Below are positions 1 through 11,699 of a DNA stretch of 64,000 nucleotides, piece after piece. Position numbers and translations under genes: made by a program. Within the stretch, counting starts at the first letter, position 1, and every line of letters starts with the position of its first letter. Origin of the DNA: Phaeosaccion multiseriatum (lineage: Eukaryota; Protista; Ochrophyta, other classes). The notes below the pieces were generated by a model, which saw only the letters and a list, made by a program, of their open reading frames with translations, did no database searches and had not been told where the DNA came from. The stretch lies in the NCBI GenBank assembly GCA_965112735.1, contig OZ218951.1, positions 558,001-622,000 of the forward strand. Reading direction: 5' to 3'.

Positions 1-917
1 GCCAGGGTGAAAGCAGCAGTAGAGCTTCTTTCCTCCAGAATTCTCTTGGCTGGTCTGTAGCCACAGCGGTGGCCACTGTGGTGGTTTCACCGCCCGAGGC
101 CGGTGCCGTCAGCCCCATGGAGTACTACAGGTGAGCACTTGGCCGTCACCTTTGGAGCTTGCGGCAGCCTTGACTCAGGACATCGAGGAGTCGGGGCTAC
201 CATTCCCTACGCCTTGGAGTCGCATGTGCTACTTACCTGTGTTGCTGTGCCTGTGCCTGTGTGCGCGCGTGCTCACATGTGTGTTGTGCGTGCCCTCCCC
301 TCCACCCCCTTGACATCACGCCATGTACCGCCCCACGTAGAGCTTGGAAGCAAGAGGAGGCAGATGCTCTCTTGGGTGGCGAGCTAGCAGATGCCCTGGG
401 CCGAAAGACGCTGCCCGGAACCATCGCCCTCGTGCCGGTGGCGAAGCTGCGACAGACGCTGGACGTGTTGACTGAGCTCATCGGCGATAGAGGCACGTGG
501 GGCAAGGCGGAGGCAATGCTGGAAGGCGCAGAGTGGAGCCCCAAGGAGATGAAGCGCGCTTTCAATGGCTACTCTGACAACCTCTACATGGCAGAGGGAG
601 ACGGGAGGGCGAACCAGTACCTCGACGGAGGAGCAAGCCCAAGCAACACAGAAACTCTGCAATACCTCCTGCGCAACGAGGCCATCGGTAACGTGGACGC
701 TCTCCGCGCTGAAGTGTCCTACCAGATCAGGCTGGCGGACAAGGGCGGACCAGGGGCGGCTTCAACTGCCGAGGAGAAGGCGGAGCTGGAGGCCGGCCCT
801 GCCACACTCAAAGAGTACTTGGAGGCTGCCAAGACAAACTTTGATGACTATTTGGCCATGGCAGGGGACACGGACAGGGAGCAGGCGATGGCAGTGGCCA
901 AGGGGGCGCAGCGGTGA
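1..917 (+). CDS. Putative thylakoid-lumen protein of unknown function (5' end outside the window); exons <1-130 and 341-917
   Basis: Exon 1 reads ...SSRASFLQNSLGWSVATAVATVVVSPPEAGA|VSPMEYY, a lumen-transfer-like signal (SRxxFL, hydrophobic core, AxA site). GT-AG intron 131-340 joins in frame to RAWKQEEADALL...RAFNGYSDNLY...RANQYLDGGASPSNTETLQYLLRNE...FDDYLAMA...*. Confidence 0.65.
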
Positions 918-1539
918 TAGTGAGGAGAGAACACGAGGGGCCGGTAGCAGGTGAAGCTGGAGCTGGAGCTGGAGCTGGGGCCTCACAGGACATCACTGCG
1001 ACACTGGCCACGGTCAGCTTTCGGCTGATGCCCCCGGTGGTGCATGAGCTGCCTATGGGCCGCCGTGCAGCGGATAGGCACAGGAAGTGTGGTGAGGTGT
1101 CATTTGGTCTGCCCGCCCTGCCGGAGGCAATTTGCTGGAGGCAGAAACGCTGCCAACAGGCAGGCATAGGAGTGACGAGAGCAAGCTCTGCATGACGACG
1201 ACGGTGAGGATTTCGCGTGTCGTGCGAGGAGTACACGCACGCACCCACACACGCCATCGCCTGTCTCAAGAGCGTGAAGCGCTATTCCTCGCGCCCTCAT
1301 GCTGGTGCCAAACCACTTGACTGCTTCTGCCGCTCGTCGCCGTGTGCGTGTGCGTGTGAGCATGCGCAGAGCAGAGTTAGCCCCTCCTCGCTCCTCCACG
1401 ACGGCCTGTCCACACCTGTCCCCCCACCGCACGTGTGCTGTACCTTGAGCCGGGTGTGGGCGGATGAAGAGATGCAGACTCCCTGCCGGCTCCAGGCCGC
1501 CCCTTGCTTTGCGATGGTTGGAATACAAAGATATGTACC

Positions 1540-1612
1540 ATACATACGTACATATATATGTACACACATGCATACATACATACATGCACACATACATACA
1601 TACATAGATACA
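1540..1612. repeat. Intergenic (TACA)n microsatellite
   Basis: Seen directly in the sequence. Confidence 0.9.
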
Positions 1613-1895
1613 AAAAAAAGTAGTTACAGAGAATGGACTGTGAATAGACCGTGGTGGGATCTTGGAGCGAACATCTCTCTCTCGCTTGATTCAAATAGGT
1701 ACAAGAAGTTGCCATTCCGTGTACAGTTGTAGCTGGACTCCATCTGTCCGCGCCATCGTAGGCAAGGGCCACGTATCTCGTCACAAAAACAAAACACACA
1801 TGGAGACAGACACGCTTCCCCAGGAGCTGCCTCCAAGGAGTGTGCTCGAAGGAAGGTTGCTCGTGTCTCCTCTCTCAAGTTGGCGGAGCGACGTG

Positions 1896-4800
1896 TCACC
1901 GCTTCTCCTTCCCGTTGGCGCCTCCCTGTCTGCCCCTCTTCCTCCCCACCACCGCTGCCGCTGCCCCCGGCGACGCCTCGCCCCCCCCATCTTCGTCCTT
2001 TCCTTCCCCCTCAGCGTCGTCCTCCCCCCCCTCCTCCTTCCCATCCTCCCCCTCCCCCTCCAGGTCAAATACAGGCGAATCGGCCCCCAGCCCCAGCCCG
2101 AGGCCCACCCACGCAGGCACCACTCTCTTCTTGCCATGTACGGGCGTGCGTTTCCGAGGTGATGCGGTGGCAAGCTTCTCTCTCCTCAGTGCGGCGGCCG
2201 CAGCAGCGGCTGCCGCTGCGGTGACTGCTGCCTCTGCGCCCCCTTTCTTCTTGGCAGCGGCAGCGGCGGCGGTAGCAGCAACAGCAGCAGCAGAGGCAGC
2301 AGCAGCCTTCGCCTTTACCTTCTTCGCCTTTGCTCTGCTTTCTTTTGATAGCTCTCCATCCTCATCTTCCTCTTCTTCCTCCTCCTCCTCCTCCTCCTCC
2401 TCCTCCTCCTCCTCCTCCTCCTCCTCCTCCGCAAAGAAGCTAGAGTACTTGCCGGCCGTAGTAGCTGAGGCCCTGCTGCTTCTCCTCGACGACGCTCCTG
2501 GCGTTGTCGCCCCCCCCTCTCCGCTGTCTGCCCCAGCTCCACCGTCGCTTTCGTCATCCTCGCTACTCGAGGCGTCTGAGTCCCATCGCTGGGCACTCTT
2601 CTTCTTCTCCTTTGCCGCTGCAGACGATGATGCCCCTCCTCTCTGGGCCGAGGCCTTGCCTTTTCCCTTCGCGGCTGTACTTGCACTGGAACCTCCCGGG
2701 GTCTTGGGTGACTTCGCCGCTGCTTGCTTCCCCTTCTTCTGCTTCTTGTGCTCCTTCCTGCCATCGTCGTCACTCCCACCACTGTCCTCGCCACCTTCCT
2801 CCTCGCCTTGGTCGTCATCATCATCGTCGTTATCGTCATCGTCATAATCATCCTCCTCCTCGCTATCATCGTCCTCGTCCCACTCATTTGCAGCTTTGGA
2901 TGATCTCTTGCCGCCACCCTTCTTCCCCCCTCCCCTCGAAAGCTTACTCCTGCTGCTGCCCTTCCTGCTGCTGCCACGGCGACACGAAGGGAGACGGACG
3001 GAGAGCATCGGCCGAGGTGTGAGTCTAAAAGACAAGAGATCGGATTTGATGAAGTGGAGGACAACGGCCGTGACGCGCTCTGAGAAACTGAGAGAAGCAG
3101 CAACCACCCGCCTTATGTATCACCAACCGGCATAGAGACATGCATCGCTGTACATAGAGACATGATGCCACTCACCCACTGCCGCGCTCCTTGACCTCTG
3201 GCAAGGGCTCCCAGTGGGCCTCATCCTTGAGCAGCCGAGCGGCGTCCCCGCCTCCAAAGTGGTACGTGTACTTGTCGCCCTCGTCTTCACCGCCGGACTC
3301 GCTCCCCTCCCCGCCCCCCGGCGATTCCAGCAGCAGCCCCTGCTCAGACGAGAGAAGACAATCGAGGCGGCCGGAAGGGAGGCGGTGCGTGGGCTATCGA
3401 GCGAGCGAGGGAGAGAGGGAGATATGGGGTCGCAGGGGAAAGGAGAGCCCCCAAGCTCACACGAGTCTCGAACGCGGCGCACGCAGTGCACTAGTGGAAA
3501 TCGAGCACTCTCCCCTCGCCATGGCCATGTCAAGAGAAGTCGAGTGTGCAGTGGACTCTCTCAAGCACCAAAATCATCGGCAGACTGCGGCCAATGCCTA
3601 TACACAGATCTTACGTACGCACCTCTGGAAAGGGCAGCGGCTTCTCCTCGGGATTAAACTCTGCCTGCCCTATCCACGCCGCCTCGTTGAGCACGAGCAG
3701 CGAATCGAACACGTCCTTGCACGCCAAGTGCCCCAGCTGGAAGGAGGGACACAGCAGGGGCAGCAGCAGCGGTACCAGCAGCAGCAGCAGCAGCAGCAGC
3801 AGGAGGAGGAGGAGGAGGAGGAGGAGGAGGAGGAGGAGGAGGAGGAGGAGGAGGGGGAGGTGAGATTGACAACGGCCTAGGTTCGCAAAGGACAGCTCGG
3901 GTGTAGCCTATAGACTCTCTCTCCCTGCGTGCGTGTCCTAAAACCATCGAAAAGACACGCTGCCGCATGTGTAAATTGGCTCCTTTGACATGGCCACCTA
4001 CCTTGGGGTCTGCGGTGAGGTGAAGGTACCTCCCCAGGGGATGCACCAACTGCCCTCGGAGGCGGAGGCGGCCCTGTATGGGCTCTGTAAAGTCCAGGTA
4101 GAGGGACGGACAAGCCGTGTCTGCGCCTTTCACTATACCCACCTGGCGGGTCGAGCAAGGAGCAAGGCAGGGGACGTCGGCTAAATTGAAAGCGATCTCG
4201 ATCGGTATCGGTGGGCAGCAGCCAAAAGACCAGACATTTGCCTCTCACTCATACTTGGCATCCGATGCGGGTAGGACGATACACTCTCTCACCTTGCCTC
4301 CTTTGGCAAAGCCAACGGACCCCGGCAGTACGACGAGGTAGCGGCCTTTCACTCTGCGACTCGCCGCAGACTTCTTCACAATGTCCATCCCTGAGGCTGT
4401 CTGCAGAAGCTGGGAGGGGGCCATGGCCGAGAGAGGATGGTGCCTTGCTTGGCCCTTGCTCTCTCCTCCTCGTCCTTCTCCTCCTGTGGCTGTCGATGCG
4501 TTGTCATCGTCATCAAGTAGCACTACGGCCTCGTCCTCTTTTACTTTGCCTTTGCCTTTGGCGGCCACTCCGTCGCCCTTCTTGGCCTTCTTCTTCGCCT
4601 GCCCTTGTTCCTGCATCTCCTTGCTCCCTTTCTCCCCCCCCCCCGACAAGCCTTTGCAGAAGAGCACGGAGAGACACGAAGAGGAGCCGTGGATAGGTGC
4701 TGCTTCATCGAACAAATGGTCCCCCAGCTTTTCATCTTCTCCTACTTTAGCCGGCTCCTCCTCCTCCCCGTCGTCGTTGCTGCTGATACTGACGCTGCGT

Positions 4801-5168
4801 CGCCTCTTTCTGCCGCTCTTGCCGCCCTCCTGTCGAGCAAGCTCCACGTCCTCGTCCTCTTCGTCGCTATTGTCTTCCTCCTCCGAGTCGCCCCCCTGCT
4901 TACCCTTCGCCTTCGTCTTACCGGAAGCCTTACCACCACCTCTTCCACCACGACCAGCAGTGGGTGATTTCGCCTGCTTTCCTTTCAGCGTCCGGTGGCT
5001 TATGCTCTTCTTCTCCTCTCCCCTCGCATCTCCTCCCTCCTCCCTTCCCCTCTTGGCCTTCGCCGGTGCGTTCTTCTTTCTTTCTGCCCTCTCTCCTCCC
5101 CCAGATTTCTTCGCAGTCGGCTTCTTCCCGCCTTTGGCCTCGCCTCGCCCTTTCTTCTCCTTCCCCAT
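1896..5168 (-). CDS. RHL1: RHL1-like DNA topoisomerase VI accessory subunit with long low-complexity Lys/Glu-rich flanks; exons about 5168-4293, 4142-4002, 3736-3623, ~3340-3177, ~2975-1896
   Basis: Spliced core GMDIVKK..KGRYLVVLPGSVGFAKGGK|VGIVKGADTACPSLYLDF..GRLRLRGQLVHPLGRYLHL..|LACKDVFDSLLVLNEAAWIGQAEFNPEEKPLPFPE|..YHFGGG is collinear with the plant RHL1 core as recalled (NRFLFSFPG..GGKIG..NPVLYLNFPQGRMKLFGTILYPKNRYLTL..LCDDYFDNMIVFSESWWIGTKEENPEE..FP). The core introns are GT-AG and in phase. Confidence 0.8.
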
Positions 5169-5514
5169 CCTCCTTCCCTTTTGGTGAGGAGGCTCACAGA
5201 GATTCGAGATTCACGATGCTGAGGGTGGTTGCCTAATAGTAATACTTTTTCCGCGAGACTCCCCCCTCGCCCCAGTTGTGCCACCTTCGCTCCGTCGACG
5301 CTCTCGACTCCCAAACGTAGCGCCAGACCAGAAGCGGTGACAAAGGATGTGAGCGAAGATTTTGCAGCGGGGGAGAAGACGAAGAGCATCAGAGGAACCA
5401 AAACCCTTGTTCCGCCGGAGGGGACTGGGAAGCCTTTGGACGCTAGCAGCTACTCCTACGCCTTTGGGCTTTTCTCCCTGCCGACTTCCTGTCTTAGCTG
5501 GCTTCCCCATACCC

Positions 5515-8500
5515 ATGCCTCCTCTCCCTCCACCACCACCACCACCACCACCACCACCACCACCGCCTCTGGTGGGCACACCAATCCCTCCTCCTCCCTC
5601 TCTCCCTCTCTGCTCGACGTCTTCTTCTCTCCCGGATCCCAGCTCTCAAGCACTTTCTGCCCAACCTGTAGAAGTGTCTGCCCCTCCTCCCCCTCCCCCT
5701 CCGCCTCTTCCTCCTCCTATTCTTCGACCTCCCTCTTCTGATGCTGCGGGAAAACTCACAGCGCCGTCATCATCATCCAGCAATCCTTTCCAGCAGTCGC
5801 TGGGCTCGGCAAGGCTGAGGAAGAGAGGGCCCAGTGGTAAGAGTAGTGCGCGTTGGGTAGCCCTCTCGAAATAGCAGCATGTCTCCAAAAACTCCATCGC
5901 TACTTCCCCCCCCCCCTCACTCACTTACTCACACTACACATCAACCACTCCCTCTCTCACTCACTCACTCTCTCACGCACTTACTCACTCACTCACGCAC
6001 TCATCCACACTACATCAATCACCCACCCACTCAGTCACTTACTCACTCACTCACTCACGCACTCACTCACACTACATCAACCACCCACTCCCTCACTCAC
6101 CACTCAGACCTGAGCGATGTGGAGGTGCCTGCAGTGGTCGCCCTTCAAAGCATGGGCATTCACGCGGCGCAGAGGGCAGTGGACGGGCTACGCAGGCACA
6201 TGCTCACCGACAAAGACCAGGTAGGAGGACGGGAGGGGCAGTGGGCAGGAGGACAGGAGGGACAGCAAGGCTGCATTCGAAGGCACTCTCCCGCCCCCCC
6301 GCGCCCCTACCCCTCCCACGCCAGGCTATCTTTGCCCTTATGTGGTCCCCATGTGCTTCTACCCCTGGGCCTCGACACTCTGTGGAGGCACATCTGAAGC
6401 TTCTATTTACCTCTTCTCTCGCTCCTCCCCCCCCTTGCGCTCACCTGCAGAGGCTGTACAACATCCCCACGGATCTCGGTGTGCGAGTCGATATGAATGA
6501 GCGGATGTGGCTGCTCATGTTGTGCGGCCTGAATAGAGGCACAAGGCTCTCCTCTTCGCAGGTGACTGGTTGAGTACGTGCGTGCGTGCGTGAGTGAGTG
6601 ATTGGGTGTGTATATGCGTGAGTGCTTGCGTGCGTGCGTGAGTGGGTGGATGCGTCAGAGTTTCGATCATGCCCCCAAAGCCGCATATACCAAGCATGCA
6701 TGTGCTCTTGCTCAATTGTCATCCACCCCTCTCCAACGAATGACTCTGCGCATGTCTGAACGGCCCTGTCCTGCAGCTGAAGCTCTGCTGGGTGACGAGC
6801 TCTTCTCTGAAGGCCATGTACGGTGTCATGGAAACCCTCTTCAAGGCCATGTCTCCGGCGCAGCTCAAGCTCAAACCAGACCAACAAACAGGTCAGTACG
6901 TCGCGCCAACCTCAGGCACTACTCTAGGTACATAGACAGGCATTAAGACATGGAGTACCTCAGGCTGTCAAGTAGCTTCCTCCTTGCCTCTTTTTCTCTC
7001 TCTTTCCCTTCCATCCATCTCCCTCAATGCTCTCTCTCCCGCTCCCTCTCTCTGCCCCACTTTCCCTCTGTCTCTCTCTCCCTCCCTCCGTCTCATTCTT
7101 TCTCTTGGACGTTGCCGTTCGATGGCGACTGATCCTCCTCCCCGCACCGCACCCCGAACTCACAGGCCAGTGGGCGGAGGACGTCCCTCCTGAGGTCCTG
7201 GACTACTTCACCGCCGTAGAGTGAGTGACGCACGCCCCACCCTTACCTCTTGGGTGTTGTCCCCTTTCGGATGCACGTACTTCAATTGTTGAAGCGCCCA
7301 CTGAGCTTATCCCTCTGTCTTTCGCTCCGTCCCTCTCTCTCCTCCTCTCCTCTCTCTCTCTTTCCGTCCTCTCTCTCTCTCACCTCTCTCTCTCTTCTCT
7401 CTATATATGTGTGCGTGTGCGTGTGCGTGTCGCCTCTTGCAGGGCGTGGCTGCATCTCTACAGAACGGCGCTGGGCTTCGTCGCGAGGAAGAAGAAAGAG
7501 GTGCAGAAGCTGTTTGCAGGTACCCGTACTCGTGCTCTTGCCTTGTCTTGCCTTGTCTTGACATCTTGAGAGAAAAATTCTTGCTGAATGAACTCCCCTC
7601 TCTCTCCCACACGCACACTCACAAGTACAATTTCACACCCTCGCTCTCCCGTGTGACGCGTGCGAAATATGAATACGGGTGTCTTCTAATTTAGCTTCTG
7701 AAGCGGAAGGGGCAGATCAGACTGGCGAAGGAGCGAGAAGCGACAGAGACGATGGGGTAGAGGACGGGGGGGGGGGGGGAGGGGGGGGCGGGGGCGGAGG
7801 AGGAGGAGCTGAGGGCGAGTGGCCCCACTCGACGGCAGCAAATGAGGTGAGGGCAGGAGTGGCATCGGGCTGGACATCGCTGGGCATACGCAGCTCCCTC
7901 ATGCACCAGTAGTGCTCAGTCTCCGGACAGGCGACGCTTTCCCCCTTCCCTCTCCGTCGTTTCTCTTTCACCGACGTGACGCTCACACATACAATCACGC
8001 ACGCACGCACGCACCGCCCCCCGCCCCTTGCGGAACTCATTCAGCTGCCCACGTGGCTGCGGATTCTCAGTGAGCGCTATCGCAGCGAAGGCAAGAGCTT
8101 CGACCCCGGGGTGGGAGAGCTCTGTGGGCCGCTAAAGGAAGGTAAGTCGACGTGGTGGGTCTACAGCATACGTCATTTGTGACCCCCCGCTGCCCCCACC
8201 CCCACTCACGCGATTGAATTATCATATTGCGTCGTCTGCCCACCTTCTTCTCCTGTCTTGGCCCCGGATGGTGGGGGCCGCAGCGGCGGCGGCGGCAGCG
8301 CTACCTGGGCAGGAGGGAGACACGTTCAGCATAGTGGATGACGTCGCAAGGTTCGCAACCTTTGTGACTGCGCTGCTGCTGGAGAAGGTAGGTGGGAAGG
8401 AGAAGGGGGAGGGGGGGGGGGCAGGGGCTCAAGGAGGAGGTCGCGTGGGCATCACTCGTGTCCAAGAAGAAGGGGATGGAGAACTCTGATCTGCTCTCTG

Positions 8501-8835
8501 CTCGTAAGGCTATTTCTACACCTTCACTGTTCGCCTAAGGGAGAGATCTCGCGAGCTTCCCGCCCCAGCCTCCCTTCACCCCCCCCGCCGCTGGCCTGCT
8601 TCTGACGCTGCCTCACTCCGCTCCTCTGTCTGCTTGTGTTGCTGCTCCTGCGGCTCCTCCTTGCTGGCTTTGTCTCGCAGATCCCCTCCACCGCGAAAGA
8701 GAAGCTCGCGGTGGAGGAGTTGGTGATGGCGAGTGGCGACGGCTCGGGGCTCGGGGACGATGGTGTGCGATGGAAGCATATGGACGGTGTGTGGGCCGGA
8801 GCGGGAGGACCACGGCTGGGGCTGGATAGCATCAA

Positions 8836-8866
<31 letters not shown>

Positions 8867-9750
8867 GGCAGTGGTAGCGGCAGGGCTTGGGAAGAGCGCG
8901 GTGCAGATGGAAGCAGAGGAAGAGAAGGGGGGGAGGAGGTTGGGTGGGAACAAGTTGGGGTGCGGACAAGCGTGCGACCGCGCAGCTACTGGGCCAATAG
9001 GCTGTGGCAGTTCCTTCGGAAGATGAAGGAGCTCAAAGGTAGGTGGGATGATGTCGGGCTAATAGGGTGGGGTAGGGAGGATGATAGCATCTCTGTGGAA
9101 GGCGGTATGCACCAAGCCTCCGTGTACGTTCGTGGAGAAGCGTCGTGGTGGCAGATCCCGTGATGTGGCCAATCGGAACTTCCCCTCACTTTCCCGGCCC
9201 GTCCGTCCGTCTCCGTCTCCGTCTCTTTTCGACATGCTCTCGCTCCCTCCCACCACGATGATGCCACCCTGCCCTGCCCTGCCTTGCCCTACCCTTCCCG
9301 TCAACACGCAATCCTCACAAAACGGAAACAATGTGGGTGCACGCTGTACGCTGTAACCTCATGCGCCATTCCACCCGTGCTGACCACCACCACTGGCCAG
9401 GTTCCAAGGGGCGAGGCGACGCAGCCCTGATGGAGCTGTACACACGCTGCCGCTCGCCGCTCTCGCCCCCCCGCCGTGTGGGCCGCAAGGGCAACAAGGC
9501 CAACAAGGCTCGTCTCAACGGACTGCCCGCCGCTGCCCCCTCTCTGTCCTCTCACTCGTTCTCACTGTCGCCGACGGCCCAGTCCAGCACCAGAAAGGAA
9601 GGAGCAGGGGTAGGAGGAGGAGGAGGAGGAGGAGGGGGAGGAGGAGCAGGGGGCGCTGCCGTCGTGAGAGTGCACGAGGAGGGCGCCTCCGTTGGTGCTG
9701 CTGTTGAGGACGACGAGGCGTTCTTCGACATGCCTGGAGTGGCGGTGTGA
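5515..9750 (+). CDS. Multi-exon hypothetical protein with an N-terminal polyproline region (about 11 exons)
   Basis: Chain of GT-AG-bounded exons: MPPLPPPP...LRKRGPS|DLSDVEVPAVVALQ..|RLYNIPTDLG..|LKLCWVTS..|GQWAEDVPPEVLDYF..|AWLHLYRTALGF..|..|LPTWLRILSERY..|..DDVARFATFVTALLLEK|..SYWANRLWQFLRKMKELK|GSKGRGD...FFDMPGVAV*. Start codon uncertain. Confidence 0.6.
5918..6108. repeat. Intronic (CACT)n microsatellite running up to a 3' splice site
   Basis: Imperfect CACT array ending in CTCAG. Confidence 0.9.
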
Positions 9751-9779
9751 GGTTTTACTTCTTGTTCAGCTTGAGGTGG

Positions 9780-11340
9780 CGTAACGTGAAGGCTGCCGCC
9801 CAGCTTCAAGCGACGAAAGCCCCAAAGGTAACGGCAGAGGAGAGGCGCCAGAGGGACAGAGGAGAAGCAGCCAAACTCGCTGCATTTGTCCCTAAGAGCG
9901 AGGCAGAGGCTGTGCGAGTCGAGGAGGGGCGGCGGAGCGACGGGAGGTGTAGGCCAGCGAGCCGTCTCGCAGAGTGAGGCAAGCGGTACAGACGGCTAAA
10001 AGCTGTCAGCTTTGCTCAGATTGTGAATGGAGTTTTCTTTGGGTCAAGAACGTCAAGAGGGGCAGCAGCAGCACCAGCGGCAGCTGCTTCGCGCTCTGCC
10101 CTCCTCATTCCTAGCATAGTGTGATTGCAACGATCCTCTCTAGCTCCACGACGCAACCTTCCCCACACCTGGCTGGTGTCTGTCGAGCCCATCAGCATCG
10201 TCCCGTGCTTTGTCTAAGGACGCGTCCTCCGGAATCTCTTGGACAGCTTCACCACACGGAGCGCCTTCTATCTTTGCGTGCACGAATAGAGCGTGCTGGC
10301 TCGGTGGATAGACCGTTTGCTACTCATTCACGACTCATTCACTCACTCACTCTCTCACTTACTCACTAACTAAATCACTCGCTCCCTCCCTCCCTCCCTT
10401 CCTCCCTCCCTCCCTCCCTCCCTTCCTCCCTCCCTCCCTCCCTCCCTCACGCACACACACTGAACCAAGAGGAACCCCAGGGCAGGCCCCAGGGGATGGT
10501 GGGGGTTATGCACGAGCAAAAGGGCGCTTCGTTCAGGTATAGCAACTGCGGCGGCGTGCAGCGTTGGGAGTAGGCCACTCGCTCATGCCACATCGGAAAC
10601 CCGATGCACAGTTTACAGTTTCCCAAAGAAAGAAAGAAGAGAAAGGCGAAGTTATGACCCGTACACGTGCCACCGTCGGTACTAGAAGGAGCAGCAGCGG
10701 TGGCAGGGACAACAAGCCAGGCGTCGGTGTCGAACAGCGCCGGTACAGCCCCCTTTCTGCTGGGAGAGAGGAGTGAATGGCAGCCAAGAACAAGAGTTGG
10801 CCACCTCAACATCTGCTTGCCCAAGCACCTGGGCGGCAAGGAGGACATGCAAGTGCACGTGATCGGAGACTTCATGGACAACATGGCTGGTCATCTCTGA
10901 CACCGTGCTGAGGGCCGTGCCCAGAAGGACATCGGCTCGTCCCCGCAGGGCTTCTCGGGCTCCGCCGGGCTTTTGGGCGGTCCATAGCCCCCTCCAGGCT
11001 TCGGGCTTCTGGCCGCCGGCCAGCGCGGGCTTCTGCGCCGCCGGCCAGCGGTCTGGGCTTCAGGCTTCTCAGGGGGGCTCAGGGGGGGGGGGGGGAGAGA
11101 GATTATGCTGGCTTCTGGCCGCAGGCCAGCCCCGGGCTTCTTGCTTTCGGCCGCAGGCCGCCTCAGCCAGGCTTCTGCTTATCGGGGGGGCAGAGAAGCC
11201 CTGCGGGGAGCCGAAAGGACACAAGCAAGAGTATTCCCACCGGCCGGTCAGCGAGGAGAGCCTGGCTGCGTTCTACTTCTCTCACATCAGGAGTCTTCCC
11301 TGCCTCATGAACAGCCACAGGAGTGAATGAAGCAAGTGAG
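9780..11340 (+). pseudogene. Degenerate coding-like segment followed by GGCTTC-rich repeats; possible DNA-transposon remnant
   Basis: One frame from 10481 to 10900 reads as protein but has two internal stops (FRYSNCGGVQRWE*ATRSCHIGNPMH...KL*...VGHLNICLPKHLGG..). It is followed by many GGCTTC(T) and GGCCGC(C/A)GGCC motifs at about 10950-11220. No TIR or TSD identified. Confidence 0.3.
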
Positions 11341-11699
11341 GGAGAGAGGGAGGGAGAGAGAGAGAGTGAGTATATGTTGTTGACATACTACTTGAAGTAC
11401 ATTGTATTCCCGCCTTTTTACCCCCGCCTAGCCTAACTCCTCTTCATTTTTGCGCAATTTCTACCGCAATGCTTTACTTCGGTCTACTTTTCTAACTTCT
11501 CACCATCTCGTTTTCTTCTCTTTTCCCATTCACTATCCCTTCCTCTCCTCCTCCTGGCCCTCTGCTTGCTGGCAACAGCGCTCCTGACTACCCGAGCGAC
11601 TGCTTCCCCCCCTCCTCCTCCTCAGCCACCCCCCTCCTCTGCTGATTCTCCTGCAACTTTGGCCGCAACAACTGCAACAACAATCCCGTCGCCAGAGCT

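Noticed and set aside
1840-2847. Long antisense or overlapping ORFs in the track (e.g. 1840-2847+, 17324-18454-, 27577-28908-, 59479-60990+)
   Set aside because: Shadow ORFs of GC-rich low-complexity exons or microsatellites; the opposite strand carries the coherent spliced gene.
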